The notes beneath the pieces are model-generated. The model was given only the letters and a program-made list of their open reading frames with translations. It ran no database searches and had not been told where the DNA came from. From positions 835,232-899,231 of the forward strand of contig CAWJQI010000004.1 of assembly GCA_963845085.1 (NCBI GenBank): 64,000 nucleotides of DNA, in the 5' to 3' direction. Below are positions 43,172 through 51,708 of the stretch, piece after piece (positions within the stretch are counted from its first letter, which is position 1; each line of letters starts with the position of its first letter). The DNA comes from Candidatus Fermentibacterota bacterium (lineage in GTDB: Bacteria; Fermentibacterota; Fermentibacteria; Fermentibacterales; JCC-6). The position numbers were made by a program, and so were the translations under genes.

Positions 43172-44488
43172 GTGTATCTTCCTGCAGCTATACCAGCAGA
43201 TAGGTGGTACATTCTGAAAAACATCCTTGGTTCAGTGTCACTCGCATTTATTCTTCTGCTGGCCGTTTCTGGAACAGGGCTGGCGCAGTGGAACGGCCAG
43301 GTCGTGGCGTTTGGAGCTGGACAACCGGGTCAGACTGGATGGCCCCATTACGGCCAGTGCAGTGTGCCTTACCCGAACAGCGGTTTCGTGGCTGTAGCGG
43401 GGGGATTGTTTCATAGCCTCGGCTTGAAGGAAGACGGCACCATTGTGGCGTGGGGGGTTGATGACGGGGGTGAATACGACTTCGGACAAGTTACCAACAC
43501 CCCAACAGAGGGTGGATTCGTGGCCGTAGCGGGGGGATCGTATCACAGCCTCGGCCTGAAGGAAGACGGCACCATTGTGGCGTGGGGGGTTGATGACGGG
43601 GGTGAATCCGACTTCGGACAAGTTACCAACACCCCAATAGATGGTGGATTCGTGGTCGTAGCGGGGGGATCGTTTCATAGCCTCGGCTTGAAGGAAGACT
43701 GCACCATCGTGGCATGGGGGAGAAACAACGAAGGCCAGTGCAACACTCCTTCACCAAACAGTGGTTTCGTGGCTGTAGCGGGAGGGGCCCAGCACAGTCT
43801 TGGCTTGAAGGAGGATGGTTCCATTGTAGCGTGGGGGTTCAACCTTTATGGCCAATGCAATGTTCCTTCACCGAACAGCGGTTTCGTGGCGGTTGCAGGA
43901 GGAGCCCAGCACAGTCTTGGCTTGAAGGAAGATGGTTCCATTGTAGCGTGGGGGAATAACTATTTCGGCCAGTGCGATGTTCCTTCACCGAACAGTGGCT
44001 TCGTGGCTGTTGCGGGTGGCTCCCAGTTCAGCCTCGGGCTGAAGGAAGACGGTTCGATCGTGGCATGGGGGGACAACAACTACGGCCAGTGCGACATTCC
44101 TTCTCTCAATAGCGGCTTCGTGGGAGTAGCGGCTGGAAGGTGCCACAGCCTCGGGCTTCGGGAGATTAGCACCTCGGTCGAAGACTCAGAATACGCAGCC
44201 GTTAACCCTGCATCCCTGATGATTCATAGCATCTTTCCCAACCCCTTCGACAGCCATGTTACGCTCTGCTTCGAATCTCCCGGCCTTTCAACCGTTACCC
44301 TTACAGTACATGACACCTCGGGACGCGTGGTGAGATTGCTTGATCTGGGAGCACTGCCTATTGGTTCCCATATCCACTACTTGGACAGTTGTGACGAAAA
44401 CGGAGCCGCTCTGGCCTCGGGAGTGTACTTCGTGAGGCTTTCAAGCGAGGAACAACAGGCTTCCATAAAAGTGGTGCTGATAAGGTAG
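43172..44488 (+). CDS. Secreted RCC1/BLIP-II-like 7-repeat beta-propeller with FlgD/T9SS-type CTD (start uncertain)
   Basis: 7 repeats of FVAVAGG..HSLGLKEDG.IVAWG; CTD IFPNPF..DTSGRVVR..LASGVYFVRL. Confidence 0.88.
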   Translation: MYLPAAIPADRWYILKNILGSVSLAFILLLAVSGTGLAQWNGQVVAFGAGQPGQTGWPHYGQCSVPYPNSGFVAVAGGLFHSLGLKEDGTIVAWGVDDGGEYDFGQVTNTPTEGGFVAVAGGSYHSLGLKEDGTIVAWGVDDGGESDFGQVTNTPIDGGFVVVAGGSFHSLGLKEDCTIVAWGRNNEGQCNTPSPNSGFVAVAGGAQHSLGLKEDGSIVAWGFNLYGQCNVPSPNSGFVAVAGGAQHSLGLKEDGSIVAWGNNYFGQCDVPSPNSGFVAVAGGSQFSLGLKEDGSIVAWGDNNYGQCDIPSLNSGFVGVAAGRCHSLGLREISTSVEDSEYAAVNPASLMIHSIFPNPFDSHVTLCFESPGLSTVTLTVHDTSGRVVRLLDLGALPIGSHIHYLDSCDENGAALASGVYFVRLSSEEQQASIKVVLIR

Positions 44489-44553
44489 AACGGCCCACGG
44501 ACAAAGTAAGGAGAGTCGAAAGGCTCCCTTTCTCTGTTTCGCGTTCGATTGGT

Positions 44554-44567
44554 GTATTTGGTACGCC
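44554..44567 (+). repeat. att-like core copy 2
   Basis: GTATTTGGTACGCC, identical to 53714-53727. Confidence 0.85.
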
Positions 44568-44576
44568 AAACCGCGG

Positions 44577-44879
44577 ATGACTCGAACCAGATCAGGGGCT
44601 TCTTTCTCCCTGAAAACCCTGCGCCCGGACATTCCCATACCCCGCAGAGGTCCCTACAGGAATCCACTGATCTTCGCCCGGGAACTCCATGAGGAAATGC
44701 TCCGGCATAACCTTACCCGGGTTCAGCTCGGGCAGCGGCACGGCATTACTTCAGACCGGATCACACAGTGGCTCTGTCTGCTGAAGCTGCCGGAAGAAAA
44801 GCAACAGGAGATCGAGGACCTGGGGGACCACTGGGAACGGCGGGTGGTGACTGAGAGGGGACTGAGGAGAGAGAAGTAG
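44577..44879 (+). CDS. Cassette HTH mini-protein copy 2
   Basis: 100 aa; ParB-like HTH LTRVQLGQRHGITSDRITQWLCLLKLP..VTERGLR. Confidence 0.72.
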   Translation: MTRTRSGASFSLKTLRPDIPIPRRGPYRNPLIFARELHEEMLRHNLTRVQLGQRHGITSDRITQWLCLLKLPEEKQQEIEDLGDHWERRVVTERGLRREK

Positions 44880-45025
44880 TGTCACATTCAAGCCGGCAAT
44901 TACAGCGCATTGTTATATGTGGGGACAAGGTATCCATTGACGTATCACGTGTCCACAGGTATTTACATTCCGTTGTAGTACAGCCTGAAAGCTGAATCTC
45001 CCTGAAAGGGGGACACATTAAGGCT

Positions 45026-45265
45026 ATGTCGACATTGGGTCTTCTCGTGAGCAGTTCTTTGGAATGCTTTGAAACCCTTCCGGATAATGTCACGTCCTTC
45101 GGTGGTTTCAGCATAGCAGACATCGACAGGGATGGCGTTGTCGAGATGGTCTTCGGCACCAGCGACGGACGCCTTCACTGCTGGGAACTGGGTGCATGCA
45201 CATCCGGCTATGCCCCCTGGCCCCAGTTCCAGCATGATGAGGGAAGAACGGGTGTTCTGCAATGA
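45026..45265 (+). pseudogene. C-terminal fragment of an FG-GAP-repeat protein fused to a signal-peptide remnant
   Basis: IADIDRDGVVEMVFGTSDG..WPQFQHDEGRTG; ATGA overlap with the next gene. Confidence 0.65.
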
Positions 45266-46683
45266 CAGTTCTCGGGCTTCTCTGTCTCTGGCTCTCCGGG
45301 GTTACCCCGAGTCCGGGCTGGAGCACACCGGTTCTGGTGACTGATTCCTGCAATACTCAACGCCCGGTTGTTTTCGTCCATAGAGACGACCTTGGCAGAT
45401 TTCATCTTGTCTGGGCAGGATATAATGATAGCAACAGAATTGCATACAAGATGTTCTCTCTAGACGGAAGCACTTTATATCCTGAAACAATGATATCACG
45501 CGATGTAACGAGTGCGTACCTTTCAACCATGGTCACCGGTGATAGCCTTTACGTCTTCTGGAGAGAGACCAGTCCGGTTTACTACGCCGTCCGCAGTCTG
45601 ACTGACGGCAGCGAGATCGTGCCAGCCACCTACCTGTTCACGACCTACACTCTCTATCCCTACATCAGGGCATGCCCGGACAGCCTTGGCAGACTGCATG
45701 TGATCTACAACGACGGAAGCGATGTCAGGTATGCAGTATGGACGCCGGCACCCGGATCAGGCTTCACTGTCGAGCGTGACTGGAAGATTGAAGGGGCAGA
45801 CGCGGGTGGAGTTCTCCTTGTTGACGGGAACCGGGTTCATGTCGTGGTGCAGGATCCGGTGGATCACAATTATTCCTACCTCCAATACGACCTTAATGGG
45901 AATACGGTTGTACCAATCACTGACTTTACTCCAGACTACATTATTTGCAATCGGTTCCCGGAACTTGCCGTTGATGAGAACGGTAATCTTATAGTAGTTC
46001 ATTTGACTTCAGTTGATGCCTATTGCTATGTGCTGTGGAAGCTGGATAAGTACAGCGGATTCACCATGATAAACCAGAAGGTCATAGTTACATCTGAACC
46101 ACCGGAAATGTATGTCAGCCTGGAATTCATCCTTCGCAATATACATGGAACTGACCTTTTCTACCTTGTGTGGACAGACAACGGCCAGGACAATCAGATA
46201 CTTTTCCTCCTGATGAACGGTAATGGAGATGTGGTAGTTGACTGGGCGATTGCATACGACTATTCGGACGAGGACCCTGAAGGTCTGCCTTGCATAAGTG
46301 GAGAAGCCGATGCCGAGGGTAATCTGTACATCGCTTATGAACAGGCTGAGACCGAGCCGGTCTTGGGTAATTACCCCACCTTCGGCTGGTTCGACTACGA
46401 TTACGTCAGCACAGCCAGACAGCAGGTCGCTGCCGTTCCTGGCGATGGATTCAGTTTCTCATGCAATCCCGTGGCGGGTTCCGTCACCGTTCGCACCGGT
46501 TCAGAGACACAGACACTTCGCGTATACGACATCACCGGGAGAGAGGTTTCGAGTATTCCGGTTTCTGACGGAACAGGCATCTGGTATGGCAGGGATTTCT
46601 CGGGAGTCAGACTGCCCGCGGGGATCTACACCGTTGTCGGGCAGTCAGGTATTATACATCGATTGACATTACTAAATCATTAG
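45262..46683 (+). CDS. Secreted beta-rich protein with FlgD/T9SS-type CTD
   Basis: Signal peptide; repeats DDLGRFHLVW / DSLGRLHVIY / DENGNLIVV; CTD SCNP..VYDITGREV..W.GRD..LPAGIY. Confidence 0.82.
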   Translation: MTVLGLLCLWLSGVTPSPGWSTPVLVTDSCNTQRPVVFVHRDDLGRFHLVWAGYNDSNRIAYKMFSLDGSTLYPETMISRDVTSAYLSTMVTGDSLYVFWRETSPVYYAVRSLTDGSEIVPATYLFTTYTLYPYIRACPDSLGRLHVIYNDGSDVRYAVWTPAPGSGFTVERDWKIEGADAGGVLLVDGNRVHVVVQDPVDHNYSYLQYDLNGNTVVPITDFTPDYIICNRFPELAVDENGNLIVVHLTSVDAYCYVLWKLDKYSGFTMINQKVIVTSEPPEMYVSLEFILRNIHGTDLFYLVWTDNGQDNQILFLLMNGNGDVVVDWAIAYDYSDEDPEGLPCISGEADAEGNLYIAYEQAETEPVLGNYPTFGWFDYDYVSTARQQVAAVPGDGFSFSCNPVAGSVTVRTGSETQTLRVYDITGREVSSIPVSDGTGIWYGRDFSGVRLPAGIYTVVGQSGIIHRLTLLNH

Positions 46684-46688
46684 TAGTC

Positions 46689-46697
46689 TGGTACGCC
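46689..46697 (+). repeat. att-like core copy 3
   Basis: TGGTACGCC; left flank ACATTACTAAATCAtTAGTA matches the flank beside the tRNA (53697-53716). Confidence 0.8.
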
Positions 46698-46706
46698 AAA
46701 CCGCGG

Positions 46707-47009
46707 ATGACTCGAACCAGATCAGGGGCTTCTTTCTCCCTGAAAACCCTGCGCCCGGACATTCCCATACCCCGCAGAGGCCCCTACCGGAACCCTCTCC
46801 TATACGCCCGGGAACTCCAGTTGGAGATGATACGCCACAACCTTACCCGGGTTCAGCTCGGGCAAAGGCACGGCATTACTTCAGACCGGATCACCCAGTG
46901 GCTCTGTCTGCTGAAGCTACCGGAAGAGAAGCAGCGGGAGATTGAAGCCTTGGGAGACCACTGGGACCGGCGGGTGGTGACGGAGAGGGAACTGAGGCGG
47001 TGGCGGTAG
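46707..47009 (+). CDS. Cassette HTH mini-protein copy 3
   Basis: 100 aa; the 92 bp from the core are identical to copy 2, and the next differences are mostly synonymous. Confidence 0.72.
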   Translation: MTRTRSGASFSLKTLRPDIPIPRRGPYRNPLLYARELQLEMIRHNLTRVQLGQRHGITSDRITQWLCLLKLPEEKQREIEALGDHWDRRVVTERELRRWR

Positions 47010-47071
47010 TGCGCATTCAAACCGGCGAATCTGTCACATCTGTAACCGGTGTAATTTCAGTGTGATAGAGC

Positions 47072-48775
47072 TCAAGGGTCAACTATCATAATCCGACCGG
47101 TGGTGACATTCCCGGAACACTCGAAGTGGACAAGATAGATGCCATTTGGAGCAAGAGATCCAGTTTCAGTTCTTCCGTCCCAGAGTACATCAGAGCCATG
47201 CAAAGCATTTAAAGTCCAGACAACCCTTCCCGCAAGATCGAATAAAGTGAGAGTTCCCTCGAGTGATTCTGACCCAGACCCGGCAGCATCACAGAATGAA
47301 GCCCGATCGGACTGCGGTACGTTAATAATCCAATTGCCATCTCCACCTCGACGCGCTGTAACTCGCTGATGGTCTCTGATATCCTCTCTTCCAAACACAA
47401 GGATTTCGCTGGCACCCTCTACACAAGCAATTCTGAGAAACCTTGTTCTAAGGCTGTCTTCTCCGAGGTCCGTCCTTGATGAAAGAGAGCCTCTCTCAAC
47501 CATGTGCATAAGGGAGGCATCCGAGAGAGTGGACGAAGACTGGTCTTCTCTTTGCACAATGACTGAAGTGATGGTGTGAACAGCTCCCAGGTCGATTTCA
47601 ACTGAATGTGCCCCCGGGGAGGGTCGATAGTACCCATCAAGCCTTCCGTCAGTAAGACACCATGGGTTTCCTTGAGCTTCAGTTCTGAATCCAGCAGCAT
47701 CTCGGTTTGACACAAGTGATGCCATGTCAAAAAGCTCACAGACTGGTTTTCCCAAAGCAACATTTGATCCCTGAGGGATGTCAAACAGCAGCCTGACGCT
47801 AGGTTCGGACTCCTGCCCGCCATCAACTGCTGTGACCCAGTACTCGACGCTGGAGTGTTCTACTGCAGGAAACCGATCTGTGTAGATGCTGACACCAGGA
47901 TATGCAAGGCCCAACAACTCTATTTCACCACTTGCTGGGAAACACCTGAAAACCTGATGCAGTAGCTGTGAACCATCGCCCGCACAGAGCATACTAGAGC
48001 TCTCAAGTCCGCTCCACGAAAGATGAATCACTGCATTGCCTTCTTCGATATGTATATCACCTGTCAGGTCTGGCTGAAGTGGAGCTGAAGATTGGATCTC
48101 ATTGTTGTCTAGATCAAAGAACTGACTGACATGATAGGTCTGTTGAAATCCTCCACCGCCTTGCGAAGAAAGCTGCTCCCAATTCACGATTATCTCTTCG
48201 CCAGTGAGTCCGAGTTGTGGATTGAGTGAAGGTATATGGTTCGGGATTGAGATCTGATTGCTCGAGATGCCGAGGGGAACACCCGAAGCAGTCGGTAATG
48301 CACTGTAACAAACGAGATGCCCCGTACAGCTTTCAATTTCCGGCGGTTCCGCGACGACAACTTGATCATAATAGAACACGAATAGATATCGACCGGACTG
48401 AGTATTCACGGCATTATACCATATCATTTCATCAGATGTTGGAATACTCAGTTGAAACGAGTCCCATTCGTCCGGTCCAGTGGGTCTTGCTAGATAGACA
48501 AATGGGGGTTTCTCAAAATCGTACCAATGTTGCAGCCAGAAACCACCCCAGTCAGGACAAATCCCATGAATTTGATACTCACCATCAAAAGGGCCAGATG
48601 AAGGGTTCATATCCACACTTAATCCCAAGTCATCAATAAGGTGCACCTCTGTCACAAATGTGAGTGGTGGAAACCTGTAACCCCTAATTCGGTAGTCAGG
48701 AGGCCAAGTCGTTGGTTTACACCAAATGTCAATATCACCCCATGAATGGAGTGTGTCTGCGAAACCAACTTCATA
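47072..48775 (-). pseudogene. C-terminal half of a large secreted protein (FN3-like and discoidin-like segments plus CTD) separated by IS3
   Basis: No signal peptide; frame stays open upstream of the listed GTG to about 48775; YWVTAVD..ESEPS, NVALGKP..EIDLG, LFDLAGRVV..WDGR..APNGIY. Confidence 0.7.
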
Positions 48776-48825
48776 TTAGGTAGAATATAGAGTGAATTGG
48801 GTTTTTTAGATACATGTTGGTGGTA

Positions 48826-49915
48826 GCTTTTAAGGAGTCGTGGGGACGCTGCTCGTTGTACTCTCGATCCATTCTCCGTGATCTGACTGCTCCAGGTTCT
48901 CGAACAGGTAGCGTTGAGAACCTCGTTGCGGTAGGTTTGGTTGAAGCGCTCGATGAAGGCGTTCTGATTCGGCTTGCCGGGCTGGATGTGGCGCGCTCCA
49001 CGGCGTTCTCCTCGCACCAGGCACGAAGGCCTGGCTGAGAAGCTCGGGGCGTTGTCGCAACGGATCGCTGGCGGTGTGCCCCGCCAGTTCTTCAGGCGTT
49101 CGAGCACCTGCACGACGCGCTCGCCCGAGAGCGAGGTGTCTACCTCGATGTCGAAGATTCCCGGATCCCCTCGTCGAGCACGTTCAGCGTGCGGAAGCGG
49201 CGTCCGAGTAGAGAGCATGTGCATGAAGTCGAGAGACCAGATCGCGTTGGGTCTGTCGGCGCTTACATGGGCAACGGTCCGGGTGGGTATGCGCTTCTTT
49301 GTGTGCGTTGTCTGTTCAAGCCGAGCTCCGTGTAGACCCGGTGAACGCGTTTGTGATTCCAAGGATGGCCGTCGAGACGCAGCCGGTCGTAGGACTTCCA
49401 GAAACCCCAGCGGTTGTAAAGCACCAGCAACGCCTGCAGGGCCTCGATAAGCTGCTGTCGTACTCCCGCCAGTCCCGGAAGGGTTGTACCACGCCGAGCG
49501 CGACAGACCACAAGCTCGCGTGAGGACGCACCGACAGTGTCTGCTCGGCCACCAGATACGTCGCGGCTTCTCGGCGTTCTAGCGGTGTTGGAGTTTTTTT
49601 GAGAGAAGCTTCTTCAGGGCATGGTGCTCGAGGCTGGAGTCGGAGTACATGCGCTTGAATCGGGTGTTCTCTGTCTCGAGCTCCTTGATCCGCTTAAGCT
49701 CCGAGGCGTCCAGGCCGCTGTACTTCGTCTTCCAGTGGTAGAAGGTGTAGGCGCTGATGCCGTGCTGGCGGCAAATCGGTGACGCGACTCCGGCATCGGC
49801 TTCTCGCAGGATCGCCACCGTCTGCGTTACCGTGAACCTGGATTGTTTCATCTCGACCTCCTGGGTTGGCAGGAAGTCTCACTCTAACAAATGTCCACTA
49901 AACGGGGGAGCTCCC
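48826..49915 (-). mobile_element. Degenerate IS3-family (IS407-like) element
   Basis: OrfA 49579-49851 (MKQSRFT..CRQHGIS..FYHWKTKY); frameshifted OrfB (WNHKRVHRVY, WSLDFM, RCDN, PGKPNQNAFIERFN); left IR ..CCCCCGTTTAGTGGACA; right IR not found. Confidence 0.88.
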
Positions 49916-51708
49916 GCTGTTGTGTTCATCCAGATTGGGCTGGCAACCGTCTCAGGATCGGTGTCAATTGGATTGCCCGTAAGGTCTTTGGGTACACTAC
50001 TACCATCAGGGCTTCCAATGTGAACTCTAATCTGGCCAACATATCCGGGCCAGTTTGTTTCTGTTTCGTAGCAGACCCAGTAATGAGAACTAGTCGGGTT
50101 CAATTCTCCCAGTATTGTACGCCAAGGTGCTGGATATAGGATACCTTCCTCCCCCAGATACAGTGAGTTGAAGATAGGTTCTGCTGTAGTGCCGCCTCCA
50201 GTCAGCCAAACACATCCTAGGTCATCCTCATTCATCTTTTCCGAGTACTTCACGGCGACGCCGATAGTGCTTTGCCCACTATCAAACAAGCTCCAATTGT
50301 CAATAGCATTCTGCACTCTGAGTTCCGCTATTGGATCTGCAGAATCTGACGTTGTCCAACCGCCCCTGAATCTGACACTGAATGGAGACAATTGATAGAC
50401 AATTATCGAGTCCACATGCGGATAGAAGTTATCAATAAGAAAGCCCCTTGGATCCTTAATGATCGGATTTGCATAGCAATCAATGGCTGGCAGCGTTGCT
50501 GTTCGCCTACTGACTCCATCCTGAGTTGTTGCTGTAACATTTACCCAGTATCGACCGTCACAGAAAATCGAGTGCTCATTGACATATGCCGTTGGGGCTT
50601 GTTGTGAACCTCCACCCCCGAACATTTCTCTTAGCCTGGTATCCAATCCACCGATATTGTAGTGGCTCTCTTGCCAGTCATGGGAAACAACTGAAGGGTA
50701 GTCAACAATATTGTCAATACCGGTCTCGCCCGTCGGAAAATCACCGCTGTTTGTGATAATGTAGTTGTTGAAAAAGGGACCAACTATAGGTCCATCGGGT
50801 CCTTCGTCAGCAAATAAAGCCTGATACTCCAACATATCAGCAGAATTGTCATAAGGCAATGTGCCATTCATGGTGAACACAATACGATTACTTTGTATAG
50901 GGCAAATTAATTGAGGACTATATATATTCTGCCGAACAATATCGTATGCAATCTGTCTGACCCCGCACTTACCACCAACACCAAAAGAGGTCGCGGTCAC
51001 TGAAAGCGGGTTGACGACAAAGTCGACAGCACCATTAAATACCCTCTGGAACATAGTTCTGTCTTGGCTCGGGTCATCATTGAATGCTTCGTCACCGTCT
51101 GGAAGAACGATGATCCCTTTGCTAAGTGAGCTTGAACCAAAGATTTCTGTCTCCCAATCCCGCACTCGAGCAAACTGAACTACCTGGTATCCTGTTGGAA
51201 CGCTTTCAATCCAGTCGAAAGGATTGTGGTAAGTTAATTCAATATCTGGTATTTGATCGAACCATGCTGGAACCCAGGCAACATGTATGTGACGGTAAGT
51301 CAAGGATGTGGTCATGGCAAGAGTTTGCTTTGGTATTCCAGCACTAGTGTGATAGTCATGGTACCAAATCCTTGGATTTGGAAAATTGATATGCCCATAT
51401 GACCATCCCCAAGTATCCGCGTTGTCTGTTCCGAAGCAAACAATCTGGTTGTCAGGGCTAGAGGATTGTGCCCAGGGAATTCCAATTGCATACCATGGCT
51501 GATTAGCGGGAGACAGCACATAGCTTCCGGTTGTTTGGTTCGGGTCGGTGAAATCAAGCCCTGCATGGAAGCCCTGAACGGCTCTGTCACCATAGCCTAT
51601 GTCGCAGGTCTCAAGGGTTCCTGCTGGAGTTCCTCCGAAAATTGGCCCGGAGAAGTCCCAGTGGGGTGCCGGTACAAAGAGCAAAGTTACGAGGAGTGAA
51701 GCCAGCAT
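49879..51708 (-). CDS. N-terminal half of a large secreted protein with an M23 peptidase-like domain, truncated by IS3
   Basis: Signal peptide; FHAGLDF (HxxxD), YGHI, HIH, NPF; the last ~10 codons come from the IS end. Confidence 0.72.
   Translation of the reverse strand: MLASLLVTLLFVPAPHWDFSGPIFGGTPAGTLETCDIGYGDRAVQGFHAGLDFTDPNQTTGSYVLSPANQPWYAIGIPWAQSSSPDNQIVCFGTDNADTWGWSYGHINFPNPRIWYHDYHTSAGIPKQTLAMTTSLTYRHIHVAWVPAWFDQIPDIELTYHNPFDWIESVPTGYQVVQFARVRDWETEIFGSSSLSKGIIVLPDGDEAFNDDPSQDRTMFQRVFNGAVDFVVNPLSVTATSFGVGGKCGVRQIAYDIVRQNIYSPQLICPIQSNRIVFTMNGTLPYDNSADMLEYQALFADEGPDGPIVGPFFNNYIITNSGDFPTGETGIDNIVDYPSVVSHDWQESHYNIGGLDTRLREMFGGGGSQQAPTAYVNEHSIFCDGRYWVNVTATTQDGVSRRTATLPAIDCYANPIIKDPRGFLIDNFYPHVDSIIVYQLSPFSVRFRGGWTTSDSADPIAELRVQNAIDNWSLFDSGQSTIGVAVKYSEKMNEDDLGCVWLTGGGTTAEPIFNSLYLGEEGILYPAPWRTILGELNPTSSHYWVCYETETNWPGYVGQIRVHIGSPDGSSVPKDLTGNPIDTDPETVASPIWMNTTAGAPPFSGHLLE

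Noticed and set aside
41360..44160. Tandem DNA repeats as a CRISPR array or DGR template/variable repeats
   Set aside because: The repeats are in-frame coding units of about 117-150 bp with no unique spacers and no cas genes. Variation is not restricted to adenines, and there is no reverse transcriptase in the window.
42743..47050. Repeated element as a classical integron attC or an IS/MITE
   Set aside because: No RYYYAAC/GTTRRRY attC palindrome, no terminal inverted repeats, target duplications or transposase, and no intI. The boundary instead matches the tRNA 3' end.
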